Counted from the first letter of the stretch, positions 11,783 through 24,253 are shown. The stretch is DNA of 42,101 bases from Nemertoderma westbladi (GCA_032718475.1 JAUCBJ010002694.1:1-42101); one strand, 5' to 3'. Numbers and translations are program-made. The notes: generated by a model from the letters alone, not told the origin.

Positions 11783-12692
11783 GCCGGAATCCCTTACCTC
11801 GAACCGGAATCCCTAACCTTAAACCGGATTCCCTTACCTTGAACCGGAATCCCTTACCTTGAACCGGAATCCCTTACCATGAACCGGAATCCCTTACCAT
11901 GAACCGGAATCCCTTACCTTGAACCGGAATCCCTTACCCTGAACCGGAATCCCTTACCTTGAACCGGAATCCCTTACCATGAACCGGAATCCCTTACCTT
12001 GAACCGGAATCGCTTACTTTAAACCGGAATCCCTTACTATGAACCGGAATCCCTTACCTTGAACCGGAATCCCTTACCTTGAACCGGAATCCCTTACCTT
12101 GAACCGGAATCCCTTACCTTGAACCGGAATCGCTTACTTTGAACCGGAATCCCTTACCTTGAACCGGAATCCCTTACCTTGAACCGGAATCGCTTACTTT
12201 GAAAACCGGAATCCCTTACCTTGAACCGGAATCCCTTAACATGAACCGGAATCCCTTACCTTGAGCCGGAATCCCTTACCTCGAACCGGAATTCCTTACC
12301 ATGAACCGGAATCCCTAACCTTGAACCGGATTCCCTTACCTTGAACCGGAATCCCTTACCTTGAACCGGAATCCCTTACCTTGAACCGGAATACCTTACC
12401 TTGAACCGGAATCCCTTACCATGAACCGGAATCCCTTACCTTGAACCGGAATCGCTTACTTTGAACCAGAATCCCTTACCAAGAACCGGAAACCCTTAAC
12501 ATGAACCGGAATCCCTTACCTTGAACCGGAATCCCTTACCTTGAACAGGAATCGCTTACTTTGAACCGGAATCCCTTACCTTGAACCGGAATCCCTTACC
12601 TGAACCGGAATCGCTTACTTTGAACCGGAAGCCCTTACCTTGAACCGGAATCGCTTACTTTGAACCGGAATCCCTTACCTTGAACCAGAATC
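11741..12692. repeat. 20-bp minisatellite GAACCGGAATCCCTTACCTT, ~47 copies, overlapping the TAF1B stop codon
   Basis: Directly visible; units align in register with the 60-base lines. Confidence 0.97.
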
Positions 12693-13747
12693 ACACTATC
12701 TGATGTTCGACAAATCATTTGACGTTGAAGCAACCTTAACCTGCTTGGGGTTAAATAGGGAATTATTTAATATCAATACTATTTGACTGAGGCCGGTTTG
12801 TGTAATTATCCTTTACATGTTGTACAATGTTGTGCTAAATTGTTTATTATCATACACGGTAATACTGTACACGTGCAATATATAATTATTGAATATTTTC
12901 ATGTAATGTTATATGTATATTATGAAGTTTGTTGGTTTTATGTGTGTTACTGCGCTAATTTCTATCACAAGCTGAGTTTTTTTTGCCAATTTTGACCCGT
13001 GAAAATAAGTTTAAAACTTTTCTATTTCACTGTGACTTGTCTATTTTTTTAATTGTACGTTTAAATGAATGTAACACGCAATGATTCCGAAACCCCAGAC
13101 TTAATGATTGGCTCAATGATCATTGATAATTGAGTTTCTGTTCATTGTAACGTGGTTCATATTTTGTTTTGAAATTAGAAAATAACCATGACCTATATTA
13201 TAGTGTTATTCTCCGCCTCTGATGATACGGACAACGCAAATAGTTCTACTCACCGTCGATTACCAGACGGAGACGAATTTTTAGCCTTTCAATTTTTAAA
13301 AGCAATTTAAAATTTTGTCTTTCGTGAAATCTCACAATTCGTATCGAAAGTATCCATTCTCCATCACATTAGCATCAACATAGTATCTTATATCATTAGA
13401 AAGTTTACTTTACCAGGATTCTAAATTTAACAATGTCTGAATTCCATTGAGAAACATGTGATTTAATTACTTTCAAAGATTACAAGAATAATCGTTGTCT
13501 CCATTTATACCAAGGACTTCTAGAAGATAATATTTATTCAGGACGCGAAGCTCGCATACAATACAGTGTTAATTTTTTTTAGAGACCGTATATTTTCTAC
13601 AACCGAGCCATACCGAAGACTACTAAATACGCCACAGAGAGCCATATTTACGTATATTTACGTTAAGACCCCTAGATCCCTTCCTATAATAAATATTTAC
13701 GTAGGGACAGATTGAGATAGCAGAAAGATTATATGAGATATGAGTTA

Positions 13748-16700
13748 CAAACAGATCGGATAAAAAGATCGGACAGACAAACAGATCGGACAAAGAGATC
13801 AGACAGACAAACACATCGGACAAAGAGATCAGACAGACAAACAGATCGGACAAAGAGATCACACAGATCGGACAAAGAGATCAGACAGACAAACAGATCG
13901 GACAGAGTGATCAGACAGACAAACAGATCGGACAAAGAGATCAGACAGACAAACAGATCAGACTAAGGGATCAGACAGACAAACAAATCGGGCAAAGGGA
14001 TCAGACAGACAAACAGATCGGACAAAGAGATCAGACATACAAACAGATCGGACAATGAGATCAGACAGACAAACAGATCGGACAAAGAGGTCAGACTGAC
14101 ATACAGATCGGACAAAGAGATCAGACAGACAAACAGATCGGACAAAGGGATCAGACAGGCAAACAGATCCTATAAAGGGGTCAGACAGACAAACAGAGCG
14201 GACAAAGGGATCAGACAAACAAACATATCGGACAAATGGATCAGACTGACATACAGATCGGACAAAGAGATCAGACAGACAAACAGATCGGACAAAGGGA
14301 TCATACAGACAAATAGATCGGACAAAGGGATCAGACCGACAAACAGATCGGACAAAGGATCAGACAGACAAACAGATCGGACAGACAAACAGATCAGACA
14401 AAGGGATCAGACAGGCAACCAATTCCTACAAAGGGATCAGACAGACAAACAGATCGGACAAAGAGATCAGACATACAAACAGATCGGACAAAGAGATCAA
14501 ACAGACAAACAGATCGGATAAAGAGATCAGACAGACAATCAGATCGGACAAAGAGATCAGACAGACAAACAGATCGGACAAAGAGATCAGACAGACAAAC
14601 AGATCGGACAAAGAGATCATACAGACAAACAGATCAGACAAAGGGATCAGACAGGCAAACAAATCGGACAAAGGGATCAGACTGACAAACAGATCGGACA
14701 AAGAGATCAGACATACAAACAGATCGGACAAAGAGATCAAACAGACAAACAGATCGGACAAAGAGATCAGACAGACAAACAGATCGGACAAAGAGATCAG
14801 ACAGGCAAACAGATCGGGCAAAGAGATCAGACAGACAAACAGATCGGACAAATGGATCAGACAGACAAACAGATCGGATAAAGGGATCAGAGAGACAAAC
14901 AGAGCGGACAAAGAGATCAGACAGATAAACAGATCGGACAAAGGGATCAGACAGACAAACAAATCGGACAAAGAGATCAGACATACAAACAGATCGGACA
15001 AAGGGATCAGACAGACAAACAGATCCTATAAAGGGATCAGACAGACAAACAGATCGGACAAAGGGATCAGACAGACAAACATATCGGACAAATGGATCAG
15101 ACAGACAAACAGATCGGACAAAGGGATCAGATAGACAAACAGCGGACAAAGGGATCAGACAGACAAACAGATCGGACAAAGGGATCAGACAGAAAAACAT
15201 ATCGGACAAAGAGATCAGACATACAAACAGAGCGGACAAAGGGATCAGACAGACAAACAAATCGGACAAAGGGATCAGACAGACAAACATATCGGACAAA
15301 GGGATCAGACAGACAAACATATCGGACAAAGGGGTCAGACAGACAAACAGAGCGGACAAAGGGATCAGACAGACAAACAGATCGGACAAAGGGATCAGAC
15401 AGACAAACAGATCTGACAAAGGGATCAGACAGACAAACAGCTCGGACAAAGGGATCAGACAGAAAAACAGATCGGACAAAGAGATCAGACAGATAAAGAG
15501 ATCGGACAAAGGGATCAGACAGACAAACAAATCGGACAAAGGGATCAGACAGACAAACAGAGCGGACAAAGGGGTCAGACAGACAAACAGAGCGGACAAA
15601 GGGATCAGACAGACAAACAGAGCGGACAAAGGGGTCAGACAGACAAACAGAGCGGACAAAGGGATCAGACAGACAAACAGAGCGGACAAAGGGGTCAGAC
15701 AGACAAACAGAGCGGACAAAGGGGTCAGACAGACAAACAGAGCGGACAAAGGGATCAGACAGACAAACAGAGCGGACAAAGGGGTCAGACAGACAAACAG
15801 ATCGGACAAAGGGATCAGACAGACAAACAGATCGGACAAAGGGATCAGACAGACAAACAGATCGGACAAAGGGATCAGACAGACAAACAGATCGGACAAA
15901 GGGATCAGACAGACAAACAGATCGGACAAAGAGATCAGACAGACAAACAGCTCGGGCAAAGGGATCAGACAGAAAAACAGATCGGACAAAGAGATCAGAC
16001 AGATAAACAGATCGGACAAAGGGATCAGACAGACAAACAAATCGGACAAAGGGGTCAGACAGACAAACATAGCGGACAAAGGGATCAGACAGACAAACAG
16101 AGCGGACAAAGGGGTCAGACAGACAAACAGATCGGACAATGAGATCAGACAGACAAACAGATCGGACAAAGAGATCAGACTGACATACAGATCGGACAAA
16201 GGGATCAGACAGACAAACAAATCGGACAAAGAGATCAGACATACAAACAGAGCGGACAAAGGGATCAGGCAGACAAACAAATCGGACAAAGGGATCAGAC
16301 AGACAAACATATCGGACAAAGGGATCAGACAGACAAACAAATCGGACAAAGAGATCAGACATACAAACAGAGCGGACAAAGGGATCAGACAGACAAACAG
16401 AGCGGACAAAGGGGTCAGACAGACAAACAGAGCGGACAAATGGATCAGACAGACAAACAGATCGGACAAAGGGGTCAGACAGACAAACAGAGCGGACAAA
16501 GGGGTCAGACAGACAAACAGATCGGACAAAGGGATCAGACAGACAAACAAATCGGACAAAGGGATCAGACAGACAAACATATCGGACAAAGAGATCAGAC
16601 AGACAAACAGATCGGACAAAGGGATCAGATAGACAAACAGAGCGGACAAAGGGGTCAGACAGACAAACAGAGCGGACAAAGGGATCAGACAGACAAACAG

Positions 16701-17870
16701 AACGGACAAAGGGGTCAGACAGACAAACAGAGCGGACAAAGGGATCAGACAGACAAACAGATCGGACAAAGGGGTCAGACAGACAAACAGAGCGGACAAA
16801 GGGATCAGACAGACAAACAAATCGGACAAAGGGATCAGACAGACAAACATATCGGACAAAGGGATCAGACAGACAAACAAATCGGACAAAGAGATCAGAC
16901 ATACAAACAGAGCGGACAAAGGGATCAGACAGACAAACAGAGCGGACAAAGGGGTCAGACAGACAAACAGAGCGGACAAAGGGATCAGACAGACAAACAG
17001 ATCGGACAAAGGGGTCAGACAGACAAACAGAGCGGACAAAGGGGTCAGACAGACAAACAGAGCGGACAAAGGGATCAGACAGACAAACAAATCGGACAAA
17101 GGGATCAGACAGACAAACATATCGGACAAAGAGATCAGACAGACAAACAGATCGGACAAAGGGATCAGATAGACAAACAGAGCGGACAAAGGGGTCAGAC
17201 AGACAAACAGATCGGATAAAGAGATCAGACAGACAAACAGATCGGACAAAGAGATCAGACAGATAAACAGATCGGACAAAGGGATCAGACAGACAAACGA
17301 ATCGGACAAAGGGATCAGACAGACAAACATATCGGACAAAGAGATCAGACAGACAAACAGATCGGACAAAGGGATCAGATAGACAAACAGAGCGGACTAA
17401 GGGGTCAGACAGACAAACAGATCGGACAAAGGGATCAGACAGACAAACAGATCGGACAAAGAGATCAGACAGATAGACAGATCGGACAAAGGGATCAGAC
17501 AGACAAACAAATCGGACAAAGAGATCAGACATACAAACAGAGCGGACAAAGGGATCAGACAGACAAACAGAGCGGACAAAGGGGTCAGACAGACAAACAG
17601 ATCGGACAAATGGATCAGACAGACAAACATATCGGACAAATGGATCAGACAGACAAACAGATCGGACAGAGTGATCAGACAGACAAACAGATCGGACAAA
17701 GAGATCAGACAGACAAACAGATCGGACAAATGGATCAGACAGACAAACAGATCGGGCAAAGGGATCAGACAGACAAACAGATCGGACAAAGGGATCAGAC
17801 AGACAAACAGATCGGACAAAGGGATCAGACAGACAAACAGATCGGACAAAGAGATCAGACAGACAAACAC
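13748..17870. repeat. 30-bp satellite AAACAGATCGGACAAAG(G/A)GATCAGACAGAC, ~137 copies
   Basis: Directly visible. The unit contains two related halves (AAACAGATCGGAC and AAAGGGATCAGAC) plus AGAC. Confidence 0.98.
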
Positions 17871-17977
17871 AAATAATCACAACGCAGACAGTCAAATAAC
17901 AAATATATAATGTAGATAGGACAATTTGATAATGCTCACCATAGCGAAAAATATCAACCGGCCCTATTGGGGCTCGA

Positions 17978-18021
17978 ACCCGGTACCTAGGTTTCAAACT
18001 TCTGGTTATCATCAGCCGGGT
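17978..18021 (-). ncRNA. Minimal type I hammerhead ribozyme (left-arm copy), within tRNA-like unit 17958-18043
   Basis: Exact reverse complement of 18334-18377. Confidence 0.75.
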
Positions 18022-18309
18022 GACTACTGAGCTACCAGACCGGATGAATATTTCGCTGTGGAGTGGAGTGGGAGATCATATTTAGGCCAACTAATCACTC
18101 AAAGGAAAGTACAAGTTCGTTATTCCCGTGCTCTGCCAGCCTGGGCTAGGCATTACGGGGTTACAGTGGTTTCTACAACACTGTATAATAGTTATTCTTT
18201 GAGGCATGGTTGCCATTTCTGGCAGAGCACGGGAATAACGAACTTGTACTTTCCTTTGAGTGATTAGTTGGCCTAAATATGATCTCCCACTCCACAGCGA
18301 AATATTCAT

Positions 18310-18408
18310 CCGGTCTGGTAGCTCAGTACACTCACCCGGCTGATGATAACCAGAAGTTTGAAACCTAGGTACCGGGTTCGAGCCCCAATAGGGCCGGTTG
18401 ATATTTTT
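18310..18408 (+). ncRNA. tRNA-like Pol III transcription unit containing the hammerhead
   Basis: CCGGTCT/GGGCCGG acceptor-like stem, A box TAGCTCAGT (18319), B box GGTTCGAGCCC (18375-18385), TTTTT terminator at 18404-18408. Confidence 0.7.
18334..18377 (+). ncRNA. Minimal type I hammerhead ribozyme (right-arm copy)
   Basis: ACCCGG (stem I) - CTGATGA - T AAC cagaa GTT T (stem II) - GAAA - palindromic ACCTAGGT helix III - GTA cleavage triplet (after 18371) - CCGGGT (stem I'). Confidence 0.78.
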
Positions 18409-19247
18409 CGCTATGGAGAGCATTATCATATTGTCCTATCTACATTATATATTTAATTCACCGTCACTCACCCCACAACAATTCATTTATTATTATTAAA
18501 TAACAAATATGAGACTAATGAAATTAATTTCCAACTAATGAAATTAATTTACCGTTGCCATATCAACAGTTAATTAATGGAGCCGTGAAACAAAATAATC
18601 GCCTCATGGATGGCCGTATTTTGAACCGATTATGTTCGAATGTGCCAGTAATTTACAATTTTTAAAAAACATACCTTTTTTTCTTGAATTTAAATGATAA
18701 ATTATTTTCCATAGCATTTTAAATATAAATATTTATCCAGAAAAGTGTTCTGTTCAGAATGCATTTTTAGCTAGAGCCTGGGAATAGTACCTGGAATACT
18801 GATTTCGAGAATAAATTTTAAAGTAAAACTACAACGGTCAATATTCCTCTAAATACGAATCGCTTTGTATTAAGCGTTGATGGGTGAGTACAAAACAAAG
18901 ACTCAAGACCTGTACAAAACACATGTGTAAACTTTCGTTTGGTTCCCCCAACACGCCTCTGTAACCTGCTCCTTTAAATGGCAATGGGACCTAACGCGAC
19001 TTTACCTCTTTGTTTTGTACAGATGGTATTGTGTCTTTGCATTGTACCCACACCCCCCCCCCCCCCCCCCCAAATTTAGCGTTTCGAACATGACCATTAG
19101 TCCGTGGTGCTATTATACTACAGTGAGTTGTTCTAACACGGAGCAATACCGCCTTGCTTCAAGTATCTCAGTAAAATATTAATACTAGGCCTTACCGGTA
19201 GCTGATGTGATCGTGATCTCCAGATGTAGCATATTAAAATATAGGCC

Positions 19248-20290
19248 TAGGGTGAGTGAGGGAGACTTGACTTTAGGGGAGACTTGATTTTTTTTAATAA
19301 CTCAAAAACTATTGTAAATTATTTAACAATACCACACAAAAATGTGTAAAATACATGTTGGCTACACCCGCGCAACAATGTTTTATTACCTTTTGGTTAT
19401 TTTTTGTTTTATTGTCAATAAACGTTTTCTGGGTTCAAAAGTAAATTTTTGCCCTTTACAACGAATGAAAATTCGCATCCTTATTTTACGTGTATGTTAA
19501 TTGTAATTCACAACATGTGTTGACTAATTATTGCACTCTCCTGCCATATATTGTTTTCCAGTTTTGGTTCAGCCGGTTTGAAATTATACCAATTAATATA
19601 AAAAAAGCCCATGTGGGGGAGACATGACGCTCGAGTGTGAGGGAGACTTGAACCCGCCAATGCTGACGTCTACCTAGAGATACACCCACGTAGAGAACCA
19701 TTACACCAGAGCACTCCAACTAGTTGATTGGCACTTACACCGACGCAGCTATCAATGGATGGCTATGCTTCATGCAGTAGGAGTAGCCCCTCTCTAGACT
19801 AAACCAAACCCAGCCAAGCCAACCAACAACTCTTCCTTCCCTCTTTGCAATGTGGTAGCCCGCCAACTTGGTGATTGACAACTTAAACAAGATGCCGCTA
19901 CGTCAGAAAGCGGCACACATCAATAGAATTACAGGAAAACAATTAAAATGGTCCTGGATTGAAAATTATACAAGATGTTTATTATTAAAAAGTACCTTTC
20001 CGCGTTAAATTTTATTGCGGTTTTAATGAACTATTATTTATTTATTTCTTGTTAGGAGAACCATGTGAACGACCACCTAAATTTGTATAAATTTGGGATA
20101 ATAATTTACAAATTAATAATCGTATTTTTTGCATTTTTGCTGCTCTACTATAAAATAGACATGTTGAACATGTAATTATTACACTTCTTATGCATTTTTG
20201 AACGAATTTACAAGAATGTGAGGTGGGGTTCAAGTCTCCCACCCTAGGTGTCAAGTCTCCCCCCATTGAGGGAGACTTGACGCTTTTTCG
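19248..20290. mobile_element. Degenerate non-autonomous DNA transposon (pogo/Tc1-mariner-like MITE); right boundary uncertain
   Basis: Starts after TA. Repeated GGGAGACTTGA motifs at ~19260, 19277, 19617, 19641 and 20270, with inverted TCAAGTCTCCC at ~20230 and 20250. Confidence 0.5.
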
Positions 20291-21269
20291 AAAATACGAA
20301 TAATTGGTTTAATTAAAAAAGTTTAAGAGTTGAAATTTCTCAAACTCTCACATAATGATAGCAATCATAAATGTAATGTGAAAAAGTTAAAACGGCATTG
20401 AAAAAATTATCTGTTCTTTAGAGCGATTATAACGATTAGTACGATACGAATTCATAGCCAATGAAACAGGCGGGAGAATGTTTGGCCTACATTTGTGGCG
20501 GTCACAATAGAAAGAGACTTATTGACATATTTTGTCAAGTTTTATTTTATATAATAAAATTTGTGATATGTTTTTTATGATATGTATTGTTTATTAAAAT
20601 TAAGCTGTGCCACTATACACAATAAACTTAAAATAAAAAAACTTTTTTATTTGATTGTTTCTTTTTTCCTGAAATCCTAATATACATTTCATGGCCTTCG
20701 TGCAGCACGTGAGCGGTTCAATCTTGAAAAATATTTGAAAATTTAGGATTTCCATGATTGTCAATATAATAATATAACTTATCTACTATTATTATAATTA
20801 CATAATTAATATATCGAATCACCAAAATACTGTCTCATTTTCATTATTATCAGTATTATCGATACCAACAAGCTCCTCAAGTTGTTCCAGATCTTTTAAT
20901 GCATAGTATTGGAGAGGATTAGGTCTGGGGAGGTCAGCGTATCAGATATATACAAAGTAGAGTTTATTAAGAAAACTCTCTCACAAATGACGTTGTCCCG
21001 AAAACGCCGTATCTTCAACGCATTACATGTTGCATCAATCTACGGGAATACTTAATACACATGTAGTCTGGTCTGGTCTTCCTAGTCGATTTCAGAGACT
21101 GATGAGCAGCTTGCTGATGAGTCATAACTGACTACTGTAAATATTTTTAATTTGAATTTTTGAATCCACATCTTATTTCACGTAGCGGGTAATATAGGCT
21201 ATATTCGATGCAATCGTGGCCATTATAATCTTAACTTAAATTTGTTAATGCACGAAACGAGTCAGCAGT

Positions 21270-21289
21270 CAGGCGCGAATCCAGAGGGT

Positions 21290-21329
<40 letters not shown>

Positions 21330-21352
21330 CTGAGGGGGCTCTAGCCCCTCCC
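21270..21352 (+). mobile_element. G-rich terminus of a MITE-like element (CAGGCGCGAATCCAG...Gn...GGGGGCTCTAGCCCC)
   Basis: Resembles common CAGGGGCGGATCCAG-type invertebrate MITE ends. Contains a ~39-G run. No partner end found. Confidence 0.4.
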
Positions 21353-23319
21353 ATAAGTCATGACCAGACCAGACCAAACCAACCCTGTATAGACGATAGA
21401 GCCTGAAAAGTGTCAGGCGTATAATATCAAATATATAGTCAAAAGAGGTTGATATTAGATATCAGAAAATAGCCTTCAGATTTGGAATCTCCATTAAATT
21501 CGCCACACCACCACAGGTGGAGATCATAAAAAAATATGGATCCAAAATATATAGCGCTAACACCCCATCCTCCCTTACCAGTAGTAGGGTCTTGGCCGGC
21601 TCTGCGACAGTTGGACCCCACTGACACCCATTGGGTGTCATATGACACCCAATTATCACCCTATGGGTGTCATTGGGTGTCATTGGCGCCAGACTGTCTG
21701 GGTGACACCTCCCAATTAGGCTAATTAGACCCTAATTGACAGGTGTCATCAATTAATTAGTACAATTAAACCCTAACAGGTGTCATATGACTCCTAATTA
21801 GGGTTTAATTGATTATCCTAATTAATCAGACTGATTAGCGCCCTGACACACAATGGGTCAATCAGTGTTGTCCAACTGTCGCAGAGCCGGCTCAAGAGGG
21901 TGTCATAAGTGACACCGCAGCTCTTTTATTCATTAATACTTATTTATTTATATTTAATTTTAATTAATTGTACTTTATTTTACTTTATTTATTCATTTGT
22001 ACTTTATTTTATATTAATTATTCATTTGTACTTTATGGGTATACAGCTCCCTTACTGGTAACTAATTACTCTTATCTATATCCAGACAGCTTTTTCGTTG
22101 ACCTTTGACCTTTGACCCCTCAATTAGCTTTAACCAAGCAACAGCATATTAATGATAGTTGTATCCAAGCGCCCCTGCCCCCACCCCGTGACAGCTCTGA
22201 TTACTAATTACTCGTACATATATCCAACCGCCTGCAGTTCCATAGTCTGCCGCTAGAGGGCGTATTATCTGAAAATTAACATCTTCTCTAACTTTGTTAT
22301 TTTCAATTTAACTATTTATTTCTACCTAATTTTAATTAATTATTTGTATTCTATTTTACTTTATTTATTCATTTGTACTTTATTTTAAATTAATTAATTG
22401 TATTACTTTTATTTTATATATTGATTTCTATTTTTAGATTAATTAGTTTTTATATTACTTACCGCTACTAAATGAGATCATTATTGGAAGCATCTAACCA
22501 TAGACTTGCAGCCTTATTTAGCCATAGGGTATACAGCTCCCCTACTGGTAACTATTTTGGAGTTAATGTTAGCAAAGGGCCTAAACTTAAGACAAGCTAT
22601 CGCCTAGGTTACCAGTTACGCATGAATGAGCAATTTATCGGGGCCCCTTTTAAAATTCTTTGTGCTGCGTCAGGATTGCCTCATTTAAGGAAGCCGCATC
22701 CCTATCGATAATCTAATTATGGTATCGCTAACCATTTTCAGTATACTGTATAATTAAATAGGGCCCTCTTTTAATACATAAGTTTATATATACAGTTTAT
22801 CTTCAATTTAATTTGTTTTTATTTACAACCCTAATTGTTCTACTGTAATTTATGTTTTATAATATCAAGCTATATCCGGTTAATCCATATTAATTTACTT
22901 TGTACTGAGGTTATCGAGGGCGCTCTTTCCAATGGTCCTATTCTCAAAACGATCTAACCCACTGTATAATTAATTACTTAAGACTGCGAGGTATGCGTAA
23001 TTAACACATCTCATTTACCAGTTTTCCTTAAAAACTATGAAGTTATATTGCTTAAGAGTTCTAAGGGGCGAGCCATGAGGCTAGATGTTTGAGGCTTATT
23101 TAGATATATTATTACTTAATTTGACCCCCCAATCGGCATCTACTATGGCATAGGCTATATCTTTTGCAGAGTCACAGAGTAGTATGAAGTTCCCCAGTCT
23201 GCCGCTAGAGGGCTTAATGTCTCAAAGTGAAAACCATACGGTAGCCATGAATTGGTTACTAGGCAATAATACTGCATTTTGCAACGTTAGACCTATTGCT
23301 GACCGAACGAAAACTGCCC

Positions 23320-23393
23320 TGGTTCATGCAGGGGTCGAACCCATGACATACGAGAGATGTGAATTCTACGCAACCACTACACCAAGGTGGAAC
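23320..23393 (-). ncRNA. tRNA-like unit in left arm, facing outward
   Basis: Inverted homolog of 26782-26855 with A box, B box GGTTCGACCCC and terminal CCA. Confidence 0.6.
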
Positions 23394-23456
23394 AGTAACC
23401 TTCGAATTTGTTCGTTGACGTTCGAATTTGTAAGACTCTCATTTAAGACTTGACAC

Positions 23457-23676
23457 AGACTATGCCTCACCGAGGCATAGACTATGACTCACTGAGGCAT
23501 AGACTATGCCTCACTGAGGCATAGACTATGCCTCACTGAGGCACTGAGGCATAGACTATGACTCACTGAGGCATAGACTATGCCTCACTGAGGCATAGAC
23601 TATGCCTCACTGAGGCATAGACTATGCCTCACTGAGGCATAGACTATGCCTCACTGAGGCATAGACTATGCCTCAC
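23457..23676. repeat. 22-bp quasi-palindromic satellite AGACTATGCCTCACTGAGGCAT, ~10 copies
   Basis: Directly visible; TATGCCTCA-C-TGAGGCATA dyad. Confidence 0.96.
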
Positions 23677-24067
23677 CATGGATGGGCTTTACCACTGTAC
23701 TCGCATCTGCTGTCTCATTGGCTGCTCGATGCCTCAGATTAAGGGTCTAAGACCTTCAAGCTGGTCATTTGCTTAGTTTTATAATTAGAAGGTCGTGAGT
23801 TCGAACCCTAGAAGAGCATTTTTCTTTTTCCTAGCTCTTGGTTAACTCTAGTATACACTCTAGCTTTGACTCTCCCGCCGGCTATAGTTATAGTATGCAA
23901 CCTTGGGAGTTAATGTGAGTAAAGACCAAGAGATTAGACTTCAGGCTCCCTCTATTGGTTCATTCTTCTTAACTTTATATAATAACTCAACCCGTATTTA
24001 AAGTTTTGAAAATTATGACTTAGTCGACTAATTTTCCAAAGTATATTATAAAAACATATAATTTCTT

Positions 24068-24228
24068 GAATAAATAGACCTAATAGTAATAAATATTGTG
24101 GGGTAAATACATTTATAATACTAATATAATTATTATGGATAAATAGTCCTAATACTATTATAATTGTTATGGATAAATAGTCCTAATACTAATATAATTG
24201 TTTTGGATAAATAGCCCTAACACTATTA
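24068..24228. repeat. Degenerate ~34-bp AT-rich tandem repeat (GGATAAATAGTCCTAATACTA...), 3-5 copies, downstream of the zinc-finger ORF
   Basis: GGATAAATAG(T/C)CCTAA at ~24137, 24171 and 24205, with weaker copies upstream. Confidence 0.75.
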
Positions 24229-24253
24229 TGAAAGGAACTCAAACAAACAAATG

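Larger units (their letters stand above)
17907..18497 (+). mobile_element. Non-coding foldback retroposon (Penelope-like/retrozyme-like) with tRNA-hammerhead units
   Basis: Near-perfect inverted arms 17901-18139 and 18219-18454 with a 79-bp spacer, then a unique tail ending TTTATTATTATT. Flanked by a 13-bp direct repeat AAATAACAAATAT (17894-17906 and 18498-18510). Confidence 0.8.

Noticed and set aside
13623-18012. ORFs of up to 961 aa over the 30-bp array
   Set aside because: Stop-free satellite frames on both strands, broken by occasional indels; no domain or gene context.
18954-18975. 22-bp exact inverted match to 31483-31504 as TIRs of a 12.5-kb element
   Set aside because: Orientation faces outward from the intervening DNA; more likely ends of two separate copies of a dispersed repeat.
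21095-21270. Possible second hammerhead: CTGATGA-GTC-ataact-GAC at ~21114 and GAAACGAGTC at ~21255
   Set aside because: The halves are ~120 bp apart and stem I does not pair; at best a disrupted remnant.
23184-23453. Repeated short ORFs (also 26722-26928 and the start of 72-860) with similar peptides
   Set aside because: They are the antisense reading of the tRNA-like arm module; the similarity is repeat homology, not coding conservation.
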